From Sphyrna mokarran (taxonomy: Eukaryota), in contig JAGIQG010000009.1 of NCBI GenBank assembly GCA_024679065.1, positions 91,636,001-91,700,000 of the forward strand: 64,000 nt of DNA. The letters run 5' to 3'. Shown one piece after another: positions 23,301 through 34,500 of this stretch. The position numbers and the translations under genes are program-made. The notes beneath the pieces are model-generated. The model did no database searches. It saw only the letters and a list, made by a program, of their open reading frames with translations, and was not told the origin of the DNA. Positions within the stretch are counted from its first letter, which is position 1, and every line of letters begins with the position of its first letter.

Positions 23301-26300
23301 GGGTAGGGAATTCCAGAGATTCACAACCCTTTGTGTGAAGAAGTTCCTCCTCAACTCAGTCCTAAATCTGCTTCCCCTTATTTTAAGGCTATGCCGCCAA
23401 GTTCTAGTTTCACCCGTCGGTGGAAACAACTTTCCTGCTTCTATCTTATCTGTTCCCTTCATAATGTTAGATGTTTCTATAAGATCTCCTGTCAGTCTTC
23501 TGAACACCAAAGAGTATAGCTCTAGTCTACTCAATCTTTTCTCATAAGCCAACCCTCTCAACTGTGAATCTCCTCTGCACCCCTTCCAGTGCCAGTATAT
23601 CCTTCCTCAAATAAGGAATCCAAAACTGGTGAGGTATAGCCTCAGCAGCACCTTATACAGCTGCAACATAATCTCACTGTTTTTAAACTCCATCCCTCTG
23701 GCAATGAAGAACAAAATCCCATTTGCCTTTTTAATTACCTGCTGCACCTGTAACCCAACACTTTGAGATTCCTGCACAAGGACACCGCCTCCGTCTGCAC
23801 AGCAGCATGCTGCAACTTTTTATCATTCAAATAATAGTCCATTTTGCTTTATTCTGACCAAAATAATTGACCTCACATTTAACAACATGGTGCTCCATCT
23901 GCCAGATCCTTGCCCATCACTTCGTTTATATATATCCCTTTGCAGACTTTCAGCATCCTCTGCACACTTTACTCTTCCACCCATCTTATTGTCATCTGTG
24001 AATTTTGACACACTACACTTGGTCTCCAACTCCAAATCATCCATGTAAATTGTAATCAATTGTGATCGCAACATTGATCCCTGAGGCACACCACTAGTCA
24101 CTGATCACCAGAAAAACATCCATTCAGCCCCACTCTTTGCTTTCTGTTAGTTAAACAATCTAGGGTGTTAGAAGGGCAAAAAGGGGGCATGAAATGATTT
24201 TGGCAGATAGGATTAAGGAAAATCCAAAGGCTTTTTATTCCTATGTTAGGTATAAAAGGGTGGTCAGAGGAAAAATCAGACCTCTTAGGGACAGAGGAGG
24301 GGAACTGTGCTGAGAGCCCGAGGGAATGGCGGAGATCCTGAATGAATACTTTGCATTGGTATTCACGAAGGCAAGGGGCTTATTGACAGCTCCTGTCTCT
24401 GAGGGAGCTGTGGACCAGTTGAGGGAAATATCCATACTGAGAGAGGAAGTGTTCGAGCTTCTAGATAGCATTAAAACTGATAAATCTCCAGGGCCTGATG
24501 GCATTTATCCCAGGCTGTTTAGGGAGGTGCGAGGTGAAATTGCTGGGCCTCTGACACTTGTCTCTTCTTTGGACACAGGTGAGGTCCCAGAGGTCTAGAG
24601 AATAGCTAATGTTGTAAAGTTGTTTCAAAAGGGTAGTAGGGATAACACTGGAAATTATAAGCTGAAGAGTTTGACGTCAGTGGTATGGAAGTTGTTGGAT
24701 GGGATTCTTAGAGATAGGATGTATAGGCACTTAGAGCGTTGCAATCTGATTAGGGATACGCAGCATGGATTTGTTAAGGGGACGTTGTGCCTTACGAGTC
24801 TGATCGAATTTTTTGAGGTGGTGATGAAAACGGTCGACAAAGGGCGAGCCGATGATGTCATCAATATGGACTTCAGTGAGGCGTTTGACAAAGTTCCTCA
24901 TGGGAGGTTAGTTGAGAAGGTCAAGGCTAAGGGGATACAGGGACAGGTAACTGCATAGATAAGTAACTGGCTTGGTAATAGGAGACAGAGAGTAATACTG
25001 GAAGGGTGTTTTTCCAGCTGGAGGTCGGTCACTAGTAGTGTGCCGCAGGGCTCGGTACTGGGACCTCTTCTATTTGTAATATATATAAATGGCTTGGAAG
25101 AGGGAGTAAGTGGAGTGATCAGCAAGTTTGCAGACGATACAAAGATGGCTGGACTTGCAGATAGTGAGGAGCATTGTCAGGCGATGCAGCAAGACATAGA
25201 TAGGCTGGTAACTTGGGCAGATAGATGGCAGATGGAATTCAATCCTGATAAATGCGAGGTGATGCATTTCGGGAGAAAGAATATAGGGGGGAGGTATATG
25301 ATAAAGGGTAGACCTATTAAGATTATAGAACTGCAGAGGGACCTGGGGGTGCAGGTGCACAATTCTCTGAAGGTGGCAGAGCAAGTGGAGAAGTTTGTGA
25401 AGAAAGCATATAGTATGCTAGCCTTTATAGGAAGGGGGATAGAGTACAAGAGCTGGCCTTTAATATTGCAATTGTATAAAACGTTGGTTAGACCTCATTT
25501 GGAATACTACGTCCAGTTCTGGTCGCCCTACTACCGGAAGGACATGGAGACTCTGGAGAGAGTGCAGAGGAGGTTTACCAGGATGCTGCCTGGTATGGAA
25601 GGTCTGAGTTACGAGGAGAGGTTAGGCAAATTGGGACTGTTTTCCTTAGAAAAACATAGACTTAGAGGAGATCTAATAGAGGTGTACAAGATTATGAGGG
25701 GTATAGATAGAGTAAACAGGGTTAAGCTATTTCCTAGGATGGACTCAAATAGCACAAGGGGTCATGAGCTTAGGGTGAGGGGGGTAAGGTATAATTTGGA
25801 TGCTAGAGGGAGTTTTTTCACACAGAGGGTAATGGGGGTGTGGAATGCACTGCCAAGTAAAGTGGTGGAGACAGGTACTCTGGAGTTATTTAAGAAATAC
25901 TTAGATGGGCACATGAACAGAATGGGAATGGAGAGGTATAGAAAACTGATTTAAAATAGGGATCATGAGCTTTGGGAGTCCATGGGAAGTGTGTAAATAG
26001 ATGATGATATTGATGTGCTTGTTTTTATCCTACAGGTGCTTTGGTTCACCTTGTTGGAGGGGCATAACGCGATGGGTCATGGGAGGGCTGCTCTTGGATT
26101 TTTTTCAAGAGTATCCTAGTGCTTCACGTCGTTAGTGTACGCTTGACCTGGACCATTTGATGGGCAACTTGGCAGCTCAGTGACTATCGTTGTGCCGTTC
26201 AGATACATCGATTTGGGCCTGTGTCTGTGGGAGTTTGCGCATTCTCCCAGTGCTTGCGTGGGTTTTCTCCAGGTGCTCCGGTTTCCTCCCACATCCCAAT

Positions 26301-29300
26301 TAGCTCTTCGGTTAATTGGCAAAACAAATTCTCCCTAAATTGTTTCAAATTTGGTTTTTAATCCATAGAACTATAAACATACACAGGGATCACAGGTAGA
26401 AGTGGGAACATCGGGGTGGCGGCGTGGGCTCGTTGGGCCGAAGAGCCTGTTTCCCGTGCTGTTTTATTCTTTGTTCAATCCTCTATCCATGTTAATACCC
26501 ATAACACTGTACATCTTTATCTTATGGAGCAGTTTTTGGTGCGGCATCTTGTCAAATATCTTCTGGAAATACAGATACATCACATCCACAGGTTCCCCAT
26601 TGTCCATTGCACATGTAATGTTCTCGAAGAATTCCACCAAATTCATCAAATATGACCTGCCCTTCATGAACCCATGCTGTGTCTAACCAATGAGGCAATT
26701 TATATCCAGATGTGTTGCTATTCCTTCCTTTGTGATAACTTCTGTAGCATGAAAAAATGCTTGAATCTAAGTTTACCAGCCTATAGTTACCTGCCTTTTG
26801 TCTACCTCCTTTTTGAACAATGGTGTCACATTTGCTGTGTTCCAATCTCTAGGAACCACCCCAGAGTCCTGCGAATTTTGGTAAACTACCATTCGTGGAA
26901 TTGCTATTTCTCTCGCCATCTCTTCTAGTATCCTGAGTTGCATTCCATCAGGACCAGGAAATTTGTCTATCTTTAGCCCCATTAACTTGACCAATTTTAC
27001 ATCTTTCATGATAATGATTGTTTCTGGGTTCTCACCTCCAAAGCTTTCTTCCCACAGCCTTTTTGGCATGTTATTTCTGTCTTCCACTGTGAAGACCCAC
27101 ACAAAATACCACTCAATGCCTCAGTCTTTTTCTCATTTCCAGTTATTACATATCTCTTCTCATCCTCTAAAGGATTCATGTTTACTTTCACCACTCTTTT
27201 TCATTTTTATATTGAGAGAAACGTTTGCTCTCTGTTTTTAATATTCTGAGCTAGTTTACCCTCATTCTCCATATTACCTTTCTTTAGCTTTTCTCATGGC
27301 TTTCTGTTGACCTTTAAAGATTTCTCCATCCTCCAGTTTCTCAGTAATCTTTGCCATTTTGTATGCATTTTCTTCCAATTTGATTCCCTCTTTTATTTCC
27401 TCAGATATCCATGGCTGATTATCTCTTTTTCTCCAGTCCTTCTTTATCACTGGTGTATACTTTTGCTGAATACTGTGAAAGATTGCTTTGAAAGTCTTCC
27501 TCACGCTCCATCTATACTTTAAATTCAATAATACTGTGATCACTTCTTCCAAGAGGATCCCCTAAGTACGAGATTATTCATTATTCCCGACTCATTCCCC
27601 AGGATAACTTGCTCCCTCATCGGTTCCATTCCATATTGTTCAAGGAAGCTATCGTGGATTCATTCTATGAACTCCTCCTAAAGGCTGCCTTGACCGACCT
27701 AGTTTGACCAATTGATACTGAGATTAAAATCCCCCATGATAATTGCTGTACCATTTTTACATCCATCAGTTATTTCTTTGTTTATTTCTCGCCCCACAAT
27801 TATTTGCTGGTTTATAGACTACGCCAATCAGTGACTTTTTCTCCTTCCTATTTCTAATTTCCACCCAAATGGATTCAACCTTTTTTCTATTAAGCCTATT
27901 TCATTTTTCACTATCACTCTGATATCATCCTTAAATATCAGAGTTACACCACTTCCCTTACCTTCTTGTCGATCCCTCCAAACAGTTTGATACCCCTCAA
28001 TATTCAACACCCAGTTGTGACCATTCTGGAACTCTCTCTGTAACGGCTACAAAATCATACTTGTTCACAATGATTTGTGCTGTCAATTCATTTACCTTGT
28101 TTTGAATGCTGCTGGCATTCAGATAAAGTGGCTTTATGCTTGTTTTTGTATCTTCTTTTTGAATTCTAACACTTCCATTAATAACATCTCCTCAGTTCTT
28201 CTTCCTTTAACTTTATTCCTGATTTTTGATGCAGTTGGATCTTTCTCCCCACATTTTCTTCCTTGCTCCTCCTTCTCGGACTCCTTACACAGGTTCCCAT
28301 CCCCTGGCATTATTAGTTTAAACCCTCCCCAACTCTCCAGCAAACCCTGGACATCAATCCCAGTCCTGCCCAGATGTAACCTGTCCAATTTATACAGGTC
28401 CCACTTCCCGCAGAACCGTCCCAATGCCCCAGGAATCTGAAACCCTTTCCCTGATACCACCTCTTCAGCCATGTATTTATCTGATATTTCCTCTCATTTC
28501 TAATCTGAGTAACGCGCAGCACCGCTAATAATCCTGAAATCACTACCTTTCAGATCCGATTTCTTAACTTTCTTCCTAGCTCCTTATATTCTGCTTTTAG
28601 GACCTCATACTTTTTTTTAATCTGTGTCGCTTGTACCAACATGTGCTACAACCATGGGGTGTTCACCCTCCCCCTTCACAATGTCCTGCAGCCGCTCCAA
28701 GACATCCTCGACCCTAACACCAGGGAGGCAATATACTATCTTGAAGTCTCGTTTGCAGACACAGAAATGCCTGTCTATTGCCCTTACAATTGAATCCCCT
28801 ATATCTATTGCACTTGCACACTTTTTACCCCTCCCCTCTGCAACAGAACCAACCTTGGTGCAACGAGTTTAGCTGCTGCTGCTTCCCCTAGAGAGATCAT
28901 TCTCCTCAACAGTATCCAAAGCGGTATATATGTTTTGCAGGGGAATGGTCACTGGAGATTCCTGCACTACCTGCCTATCTCTCTTGCTCTGTCTGATGGT
29001 CACCCATTCTTTTCCTGCCTGCAGTGTGACCAACTCTCTCTACCTGTTATCCACAATACTCTCTGACTCACGGATGCTCCACAGTGTCTCCATCCACCGC
29101 TCCAGTTCTGAAACTTGAGCTTCCAGGAGCTGTAGCTGGAGACATTTCCCCTACACATACTGACTCAGGAGACTGGAACTGTCCCCAGCCTGTCACATGG
29201 AGCAAGAGGAACAAACCACTGCTTGGAGCTCTCCTGTCATGTCTTACCCCTTTCAATTAACCTTTTGAAAGATCTTTTGTTTCAGATATATACAATTTTC

Positions 29301-30444
29301 TTTCTTTCCTGCTCCTTGTTACTACCGTGTATAACCTTTTCAAACTACAAACCACAGAAATTAACAGAAACGCTATAATAGTGTACACCAACTACAATGC
29401 CAAGAGCAAAAAGAAAAAATATTTCCCAATCAGCACTCCTGCTTGTAGCCTCTGCTGCCTGTTTCACCTAACTCCCTGTGTCCATCCAACTCCCAAAACA
29501 CTCCTCACAGTCAGATAGCACTCTGTGCAGGAAAAATATGATGTGAAGATGCCGGCGCTCGACTGGGTTAAACACAGTAAGAAGTCTCACAAAACCAGTT
29601 TGAAGTCTAACAGATTTATTTGATAGTAAACGTCACTAGCTTTTGGAAAGTTGTTCCTTCGTCAGGTGATTGCAGAATTCTGAGTGGAGAACTCTCCATT
29701 CACCTGACAAAAGAAGTGTTCAGAAAGCTAGTGGCGTTTATTATCAAATAAACCTGTTGGATTTTAACCTTGTGTTGTGAGACTTCTTACAGGAAAAATG
29801 TAACAGTGAGCCAGCCAGAAGCTGAACTTGGAATGTTCTGATCTTGTTTTCTGCTGCTAATATTTTATCTTTTCCTCTTTGGTACTACAAAGTACTTGGT
29901 TACTAAATCTCCTGTGTTATCTACAGCTCTGCCTGTCAATCTTTAATGGTTCCATATCTCACAGAATCACTCATTTACTGTTAATATATTACTATAAACT
30001 TTTACATTTTCACAATGTCTTTTATGTCAATTTAATCTTTCTGTCCCTCCATTCTTCTCTCTGTTTCTGGACATTTCCATTTTAATTGCTTCAAGCTTCT
30101 CTGATCAGCGTGTTTTCAACATACAAACATGGAGCAGGAGGAGGCCATTCGGCCCCTCGGTTCTGCTCTGTTATTCTGTGGCTGATGTGATTGTGATCTG
30201 AACTCTACTTTCCTCTCAATCTCTCTGTACACTTTCACTCCCTTGTCAGTCATGATGTTATCTAACATTTATATCTGACAGATACACAATAACGTCTGAG
30301 TGAACATCACCCATTTCAAACTCTCACCAAAATATTCAAATTCACCCCAGAGAGAGAGAGAGTGAGAATGGGAGAGTGAATTCTGTACTTACCGGGAGAG
30401 ACCCAGGAAAAACACAGGGAGATGGAGAAAAGGATCAGCAACAT
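11323..30444 (-). CDS. Non-classical MHC class I heavy chain, gene B (340 aa): exons 30444-30393, 15080-14820, 12895-12620, 12502-12224, 11862-11752, 11366-11323
   Basis: Leader, alpha1 (NQT sequon at the N86 position), alpha2 (H93, Q96, FDGKDYI, TKEKW), alpha3 Ig-C1 ([19 protein letters not shown]), TM and tail. All introns are GT-AG phase 1 and the spliced frame is open. Confidence 0.9.
11752..11862 (-). CDS. Gene B connecting peptide/transmembrane exon
   Basis: [37 protein letters not shown]; tttcag acceptor, gtaag donor. Confidence 0.9.
12224..12502 (-). CDS. Gene B alpha3 (Ig C1) exon
   Basis: 279 nt; [44 protein letters not shown]. Confidence 0.95.
12620..12895 (-). CDS. Gene B alpha2 exon
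   Basis: 276 nt; [54 protein letters not shown]. Confidence 0.95.
13985..14775. repeat. 35-bp G-rich minisatellite (~22 units) in intron 2 of gene B
   Basis: Unit ggggactgagttcagtg(t/g)cccaggggtcagtgctg. Confidence 0.95.
14820..15080 (-). CDS. Gene B alpha1 exon
   Basis: 261 nt; [49 protein letters not shown]; tttacag acceptor, gtaag donor. Confidence 0.93.
15160..15650. repeat. C-rich degenerate tandem repeat (ccgatcaccaccc-like); paralog at ~39930-40420 includes a 29-C run
   Basis: Directly visible low-complexity tract. Confidence 0.85.
16230..18375 (+). mobile_element. 5'-truncated CR1 LINE nested in the Harbinger fossil (paralog at ~41430-43340)
   Basis: [39 protein letters not shown] motifs. 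Confidence 0.9.
19558..20149 (-). mobile_element. Young CR1 3' fragment with (TAGAACA)n tail, specific to unit 1
   Basis: TTATA direct repeats flank it; empty site at ~44479-44485. Confidence 0.88.
20560..21500 (-). pseudogene. Harbinger (HARBI1-like) transposase remnant
   Basis: ORFs 20623..21099 and 20852..21097 carry degenerate DDE-family motifs, with frameshifts and an internal deletion. Confidence 0.8.
21648..22071 (-). mobile_element. Young CR1 3' fragment with (TAGAACA)n tail, specific to unit 1
   Basis: GGTT direct repeats; empty site at ~45990-45996. Confidence 0.88.
22180..22514 (+). mobile_element. tRNA-derived SINE sharing its 3' tail with the old LINE at 3900-3963 (paralog at ~46100-46433)
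   Basis: B box GGTTCGAATCC at ~22240; tail gggtaataaatgttggcccagccagt..cacat, A-rich end. Confidence 0.8.
22670..22992 (+). mobile_element. Old SacSINE1/DeuSINE-like SINE (paralog at ~46590-46912)
   Basis: cactctcacctctgactcag..ccagagact..tgctgcactgtcagagg and tail aacagtga..ttcattg..gagctttgg..tcctgg..gtgaag resemble that family, recalled from memory. Confidence 0.6.
23100..29300 (-). mobile_element. Near-full-length degenerate CR1 LINE (ORF1 plus EN/RT ORF2), split by a nested + strand CR1
   Basis: ORF1 SGNH-like pieces ([13 protein letters not shown]; DGLHL-like), EN pieces (LNIEGY), RT pieces (SGVPQGS, FTDD), aagaacataagaa tail near 23100. Confidence 0.88.
24161..26475 (+). mobile_element. 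Nested CR1 LINE with 304-aa open RT C-terminal ORF and V-SINE-containing 3' UTR; TSD CAATC
   Basis: ORF 25040..25954 ([12 protein letters not shown]); caatc at 24156-24160 and 26476-26480. Confidence 0.92.
29538..29789. mobile_element. Penelope-like pLTR-derived inverted repeat with 10-bp flanking direct repeat CAGGAAAAAT
   Basis: The arms of 29577-29790 are reverse complements; degenerate CTGAnGA..GAAA cores. Paralog at 53773-54026. Confidence 0.75.
30393..30444 (-). CDS. Gene B leader exon (proximal), [17 protein letters not shown]
   Basis: ATG, hydrophobic signal peptide and G|gtaagt phase-1 donor, in frame with alpha1. Confidence 0.88.
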
Positions 30445-30610
30445 TCTGGGAATCCACTGTCTCAATTCCAATCAGTGACTGGGAATTAAACATTCCGAGG
30501 GTGAAACAACTTGATAAACTGGGGGAAAAACACGAAAAAACAAAAACTTTCTCCAGACTTCATTTTCCTGTCTAAATCGAGCATTTCCTTCTTGTAGAAC
30601 CAGAGGGTGA

Positions 30611-30701
30611 CTGATTGGTTAGTCTCAGAAAATTAACCAATGAAAGAGATAAACAGCCAGCCTGTCACTAGTTACCAGGAAGATCAAACTCACTCAGGTT
30701 C
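30611..30701 (-). promoter_or_regulatory. MHC S-X1-X2-Y module plus downstream CCAAT box of gene B
   Basis: Minus strand GAACCT-16 nt-CCTGGTAACTAGTGACAG..TTCATTGGTT..AACCAATCAG; order and spacing as in MHC enhanceosome promoters. Confidence 0.8.
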
Positions 30702-31027
30702 AGTCGGGAAGGCTTGCGAAAACTATACAAGGCACCAGTTAGACCACATCTGGAAAACTGTCCCCTTTAGTCCCCTTATCTAAGAGAAAATATACTAGCA
30801 TTGGAAGCAGTGCAGAGAAGATTCACTAGATTGAGCCCAGGTGTGGAGGGATTTTCTTATGAGGAGAGGTTGAGTAGATTGGGCCCGTACTCATTGGAGT
30901 TTAGAAGAATGAGAGTGAACCGATTCAAATGTATAAAATTCCCAGAGGGTTTGACAGTGTAGATGCTGAGAGGATGTTTCCCCCTGTGGGAAAGTCTAGG
31001 ACCAGACAGTAGAATCTCAGAGTAAGG
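30702..31027 (+). mobile_element. CR1 ORF2 internal fragment between the two leader exons
   Basis: LYKAPVRPHLENC..LEAVQRRFTRL..YEERLSRLG..SLEFRRMR. Confidence 0.85.
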
Positions 31028-31115
31028 TGTCACCCATTTCAAACTCTCACCAAAAGATTCAAATTCACCCCAGAGAGAGAGAGACTGAGAATGTCAGAGT
31101 GAATTCTGTACTTAC

Positions 31116-31167
31116 CGGGAGAGACCCAGGAAAAACACAGGGAGATGGAGAAAAGGATCAGCAACAT
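31116..31167 (-). CDS. Second (distal) intact leader exon upstream of gene B; orphan or alternative first exon
   Basis: Same 52-nt coding sequence and donor as 30393-30444, but upstream flank is of the gene A type. Confidence 0.65.
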
Positions 31168-31336
31168 TCTGGGAATCCACTGTCCCAATTCCAATCAGTG
31201 ACTGGGAATTAAACATTGGAAGGAGGAAACTAATATTGTTTATTGTGATCGGAAAACATAAAAAAAATGTTGATAAGGGCTCCAGTTGCCTGTCTTCATT
31301 AAAATGTGATCAGTTCCCTGATGTTAAGCCACACAG

Positions 31337-31558
31337 TAAGAATTTAGCAACACCAATTTTAAATCCAACCGATTTATTTGATAGTAAAATTGCGAGCTTT
31401 CAACACTCTGTTCTTCCTCAGGCAAATGCAGTGTTCTGCTCTGCAAGAGCACACATCAGCACAGACAGTCAGAGATTGCTGATTAGAATGCGAATCCTCA
31501 CATCTAACCTGCTATTCAAGTGTTAAAGTATGATGTATGATGATACGTCATACTTTAC
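31337..31558 (-). mobile_element. Penelope-like 3' fragment with hammerhead-like core, 14-bp TSD GTTAAGCCACACAG
   Basis: TSD at 31323-31336 and 31559-31572; empty site at 1202-1215; minus strand CTGAGGA-agaacagagtgtt-GAAA at 31421-31398. Confidence 0.78.
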
Positions 31559-34500
31559 GTTAAGCCACACAGCCACAGGGAGAATAATTCATTGCTGTCA
31601 GAAAAAGAGCCAATGAAAGGAAAGAATTTCAAATGTCTAATTTTCACAACTAGGCTTACATTCATAGTGTAATGAAGTTACTGTGAAAATCCTCGAGTTG
31701 CGACACTCCAGCACCTGTTCAGGTACACTGAGGGAGAATTTAACATGGGTGATTCACCTATCCTGTCTCCAGTTATCAGGAAATTGTCCATTTCCAGTTC
31801 CGACACTTCCATGTTAAGTTTCCTCCTCCATCAGGAATAGACACAAAAATAGGGCTTGAAAATGATAAAGAAGCCACACTACAAACAACCATCATTTTAG
31901 CTGCTGGAAGCTTTGGGCCCAGTCAGGCCACCTGCCCCCACAAGGGTACAGATTGTTAGACTAATTAAAAATCTTGTTACACTGCAATTTTTCCAGTCCG
32001 CTTTAGGTTTTCCAATTTGAAATTCAGCAGATGAATGGTCTGGTCTGAGCACACAGCAGTTGGCCAGGGAGGACAGTCCTCCCACAATCCCTTTCAGCTT
32101 GCCTGGCTGGAGGAGCAGACACAGTTTGCCCTGTAGATGGACATTCCCCTTCCCTCACCACACTCCCCCTCACCCCCATAATGGTGGCCTGGCTTCTTTC
32201 TTGGTTTATTTTGATGGTTTTCTGAAGTGACTAACAAGGACTTTCCTGTTGAAGCAGTTTCTCAGTTACACACCCTGTACTGTAGCTGGGTGCTTGTCGA
32301 AAGCTGGAGGAATCTGGATTGGTTATTGGGGAGCCTGCCCACTGTTCTTAATTGTGAGGGAAATGGTTTCCATGCCAATTATAAATGTTCCCCCACAGAA
32401 AATCCTTAACTGTGACCTGTATCTTTGTGTTTATACCTCTCTTTATTTCTGTGAGTGTGTGTGTACATGAGCATGTGTGTATACTTATGTGGGTATGTGA
32501 GCATGTGTATGTGTATTTGCACGCCAGTGTGTGCTCGTAGCTGTGTGTGTGTATGGATCTTTGTGTCTGTGTGTTTGCATGTGTGTTCACTTATCTCAGT
32601 TTGTATCTGTATGTGTGTGTGCGCACGCTGGTATATATGTGCGTGCTTATGTGAGGCTGTATGTGCATCTTCACTCCATAACCCATTCAATTATCAATTA
32701 CAATTTAAAATGAAAAACTTCCAACAATTCTACAAAGTAAGACTGTAAGACTGTTAAATTATTCAATTTATTTCCAGTTGCCTCTTTTTTAATCTCAACA
32801 GGATGTGAAAATTCCTGGCTAGGCCAGCATTTATTGCCCATCCCTAGTTGCCCTTCACAATGCTGTTAGAGTGGGAGTTCTAGGGTTTTGACCCAGTGAT
32901 AGTGAAGGAACAACAGATATATTTCCAAGTTAGAGTGATGTGTGGCTTGGAGTGGAACCTCCAGGTAGTGTGTGTTCCCAAGTATCTGCTGTCCTTATCC
33001 TTCAAGGTGCTTGTGGGTTTTGAAGATGCTGCCCAAGGAGCCTTGGTGAGTTCCTGCAGTGAATCTTGTAGATGGTTCACACAGCTGCCACTGACCATCA
33101 GTGGTGGAGGGCTTGAATCATAGAATCCTCCAGTGCAGGAGAAGGCCACTCAGCCCATCAAGTCTGCACCAACCGTAATCCTACACCATCCCCATTAACT
33201 CATGCATTTAGCTGTGCTAATCCCAAGACACAAATGGGTTATTTAGCCTGACCAGTTCAGCTCACCCGCACATCTTTAGACCATGGGAGGAAACCAGAAC
33301 ACTCTGAGGAAACACACACAGGCACGTGGAGAATGTGCAAACTTCACATAGACCGTGACCCAAGAAGGGAATCATACCCGGGTCCCTGGTGTTGTGAGGC
33401 AGCAGTGCTAACCACTATTCCACCAGGCTGTCCCTTGTGGAATGGGTAGCAATGAAATGAGCTGCTTTATCCTGAATAGAGTCTGTTGAGTTTCTTGAGT
33501 GTTTTTAGAGCTGTCCTTACCTCGGCAAGTGGAGAGAATTCCATTACATAGAAACATAGAAAACAGAAGCAGGAGTAGGTTATTCAACTCTTTGAGAGTT
33601 TTCACCATTCATTATGATCATGGTTGATCATCAAATTCAATATCATAATCCTCTTTACCCCATTAACCTTGATCCCAAAAGGCCCAAAAGCTCCATCTAA
33701 TTTATTCTCGAAGTCAGACCATGTTTTGGCCTCACCTACTTTCTGTGGTACTGAATTCCTCACACTCACCACTCACTGGATGAAGAAACTTCTCCTCACC
33801 TCAGTTCTTATCCTCAAACTATGACTCCTAGTTCTGGACTCCCTCATTGTTTGGAACATTCTTTCTGAATTACCCTGTCTAATCCTATTAGATTTCTTAA
33901 GTCTCAATGAGACCCCCTCTCACTCTTCTAAACTCCAATGAATACAATCCTCACACTCCTGACTTGTGCCATGTAGATAGTGGACAGGTTCTGGGGAGTC
34001 AGGAAGTGGTTACCCACTGCAGGATTCCTAACCTCTGACCTGCTCTTGTAACTACAGTATATGGCTAATGGCGAATCCAGTTTTGTTTCTGGTCAATGAA
34101 AGGCCCCAGGATGTTGCTAATGGAGGATTCAGACATGATAATACCATTGAATTCAAGGGATGGTGGTTAGATTCTCTCTTGTTAGGGATGATTGTTGCCT
34201 TGCACTTGTGTGGCCCAAATATTACTTGGCACTTGTTAGTCCAAGCCTGGATATTGTTCAGGTCTTGCTGCATTTTGGACACAGACTGCTTCGACATCTG
34301 AGGAGATATCATGTAGCTGAACATCAGTGAACATCCCCACTTCTGACTTATCATAGAAGGCAGGTCATTGATAAAGCAGCTGAAGATGGTTGGGATTGGG
34401 ACACAAATTCCCTGAGGAATTCACTGATGCCCAGAGACTGAGATAATTGACTTCCAACCAAACAACCACCATTTTTTGTGTTAGTTATGATTCCAACCAG

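Larger units (their letters stand above)
907..31027. repeat. Segmental duplication unit 1 (paralogous to ~31028-55690)
   Basis: Colinear blocks: 907-2045/31028-32400, 3410-3963/32400-32858, 7966-11250/32870-36040, gene B/gene C including a shared TE order in intron 1. Boundaries approximate. Confidence 0.85.

Noticed and set aside
30393-30493. Out-of-frame upstream ATG 49 nt before the start codon (uORF)
   Set aside because: It is GTG in gene C and lies only ~23 nt from the TATA position, so it is probably upstream of the TSS. Cannot be supported without 5' end data.
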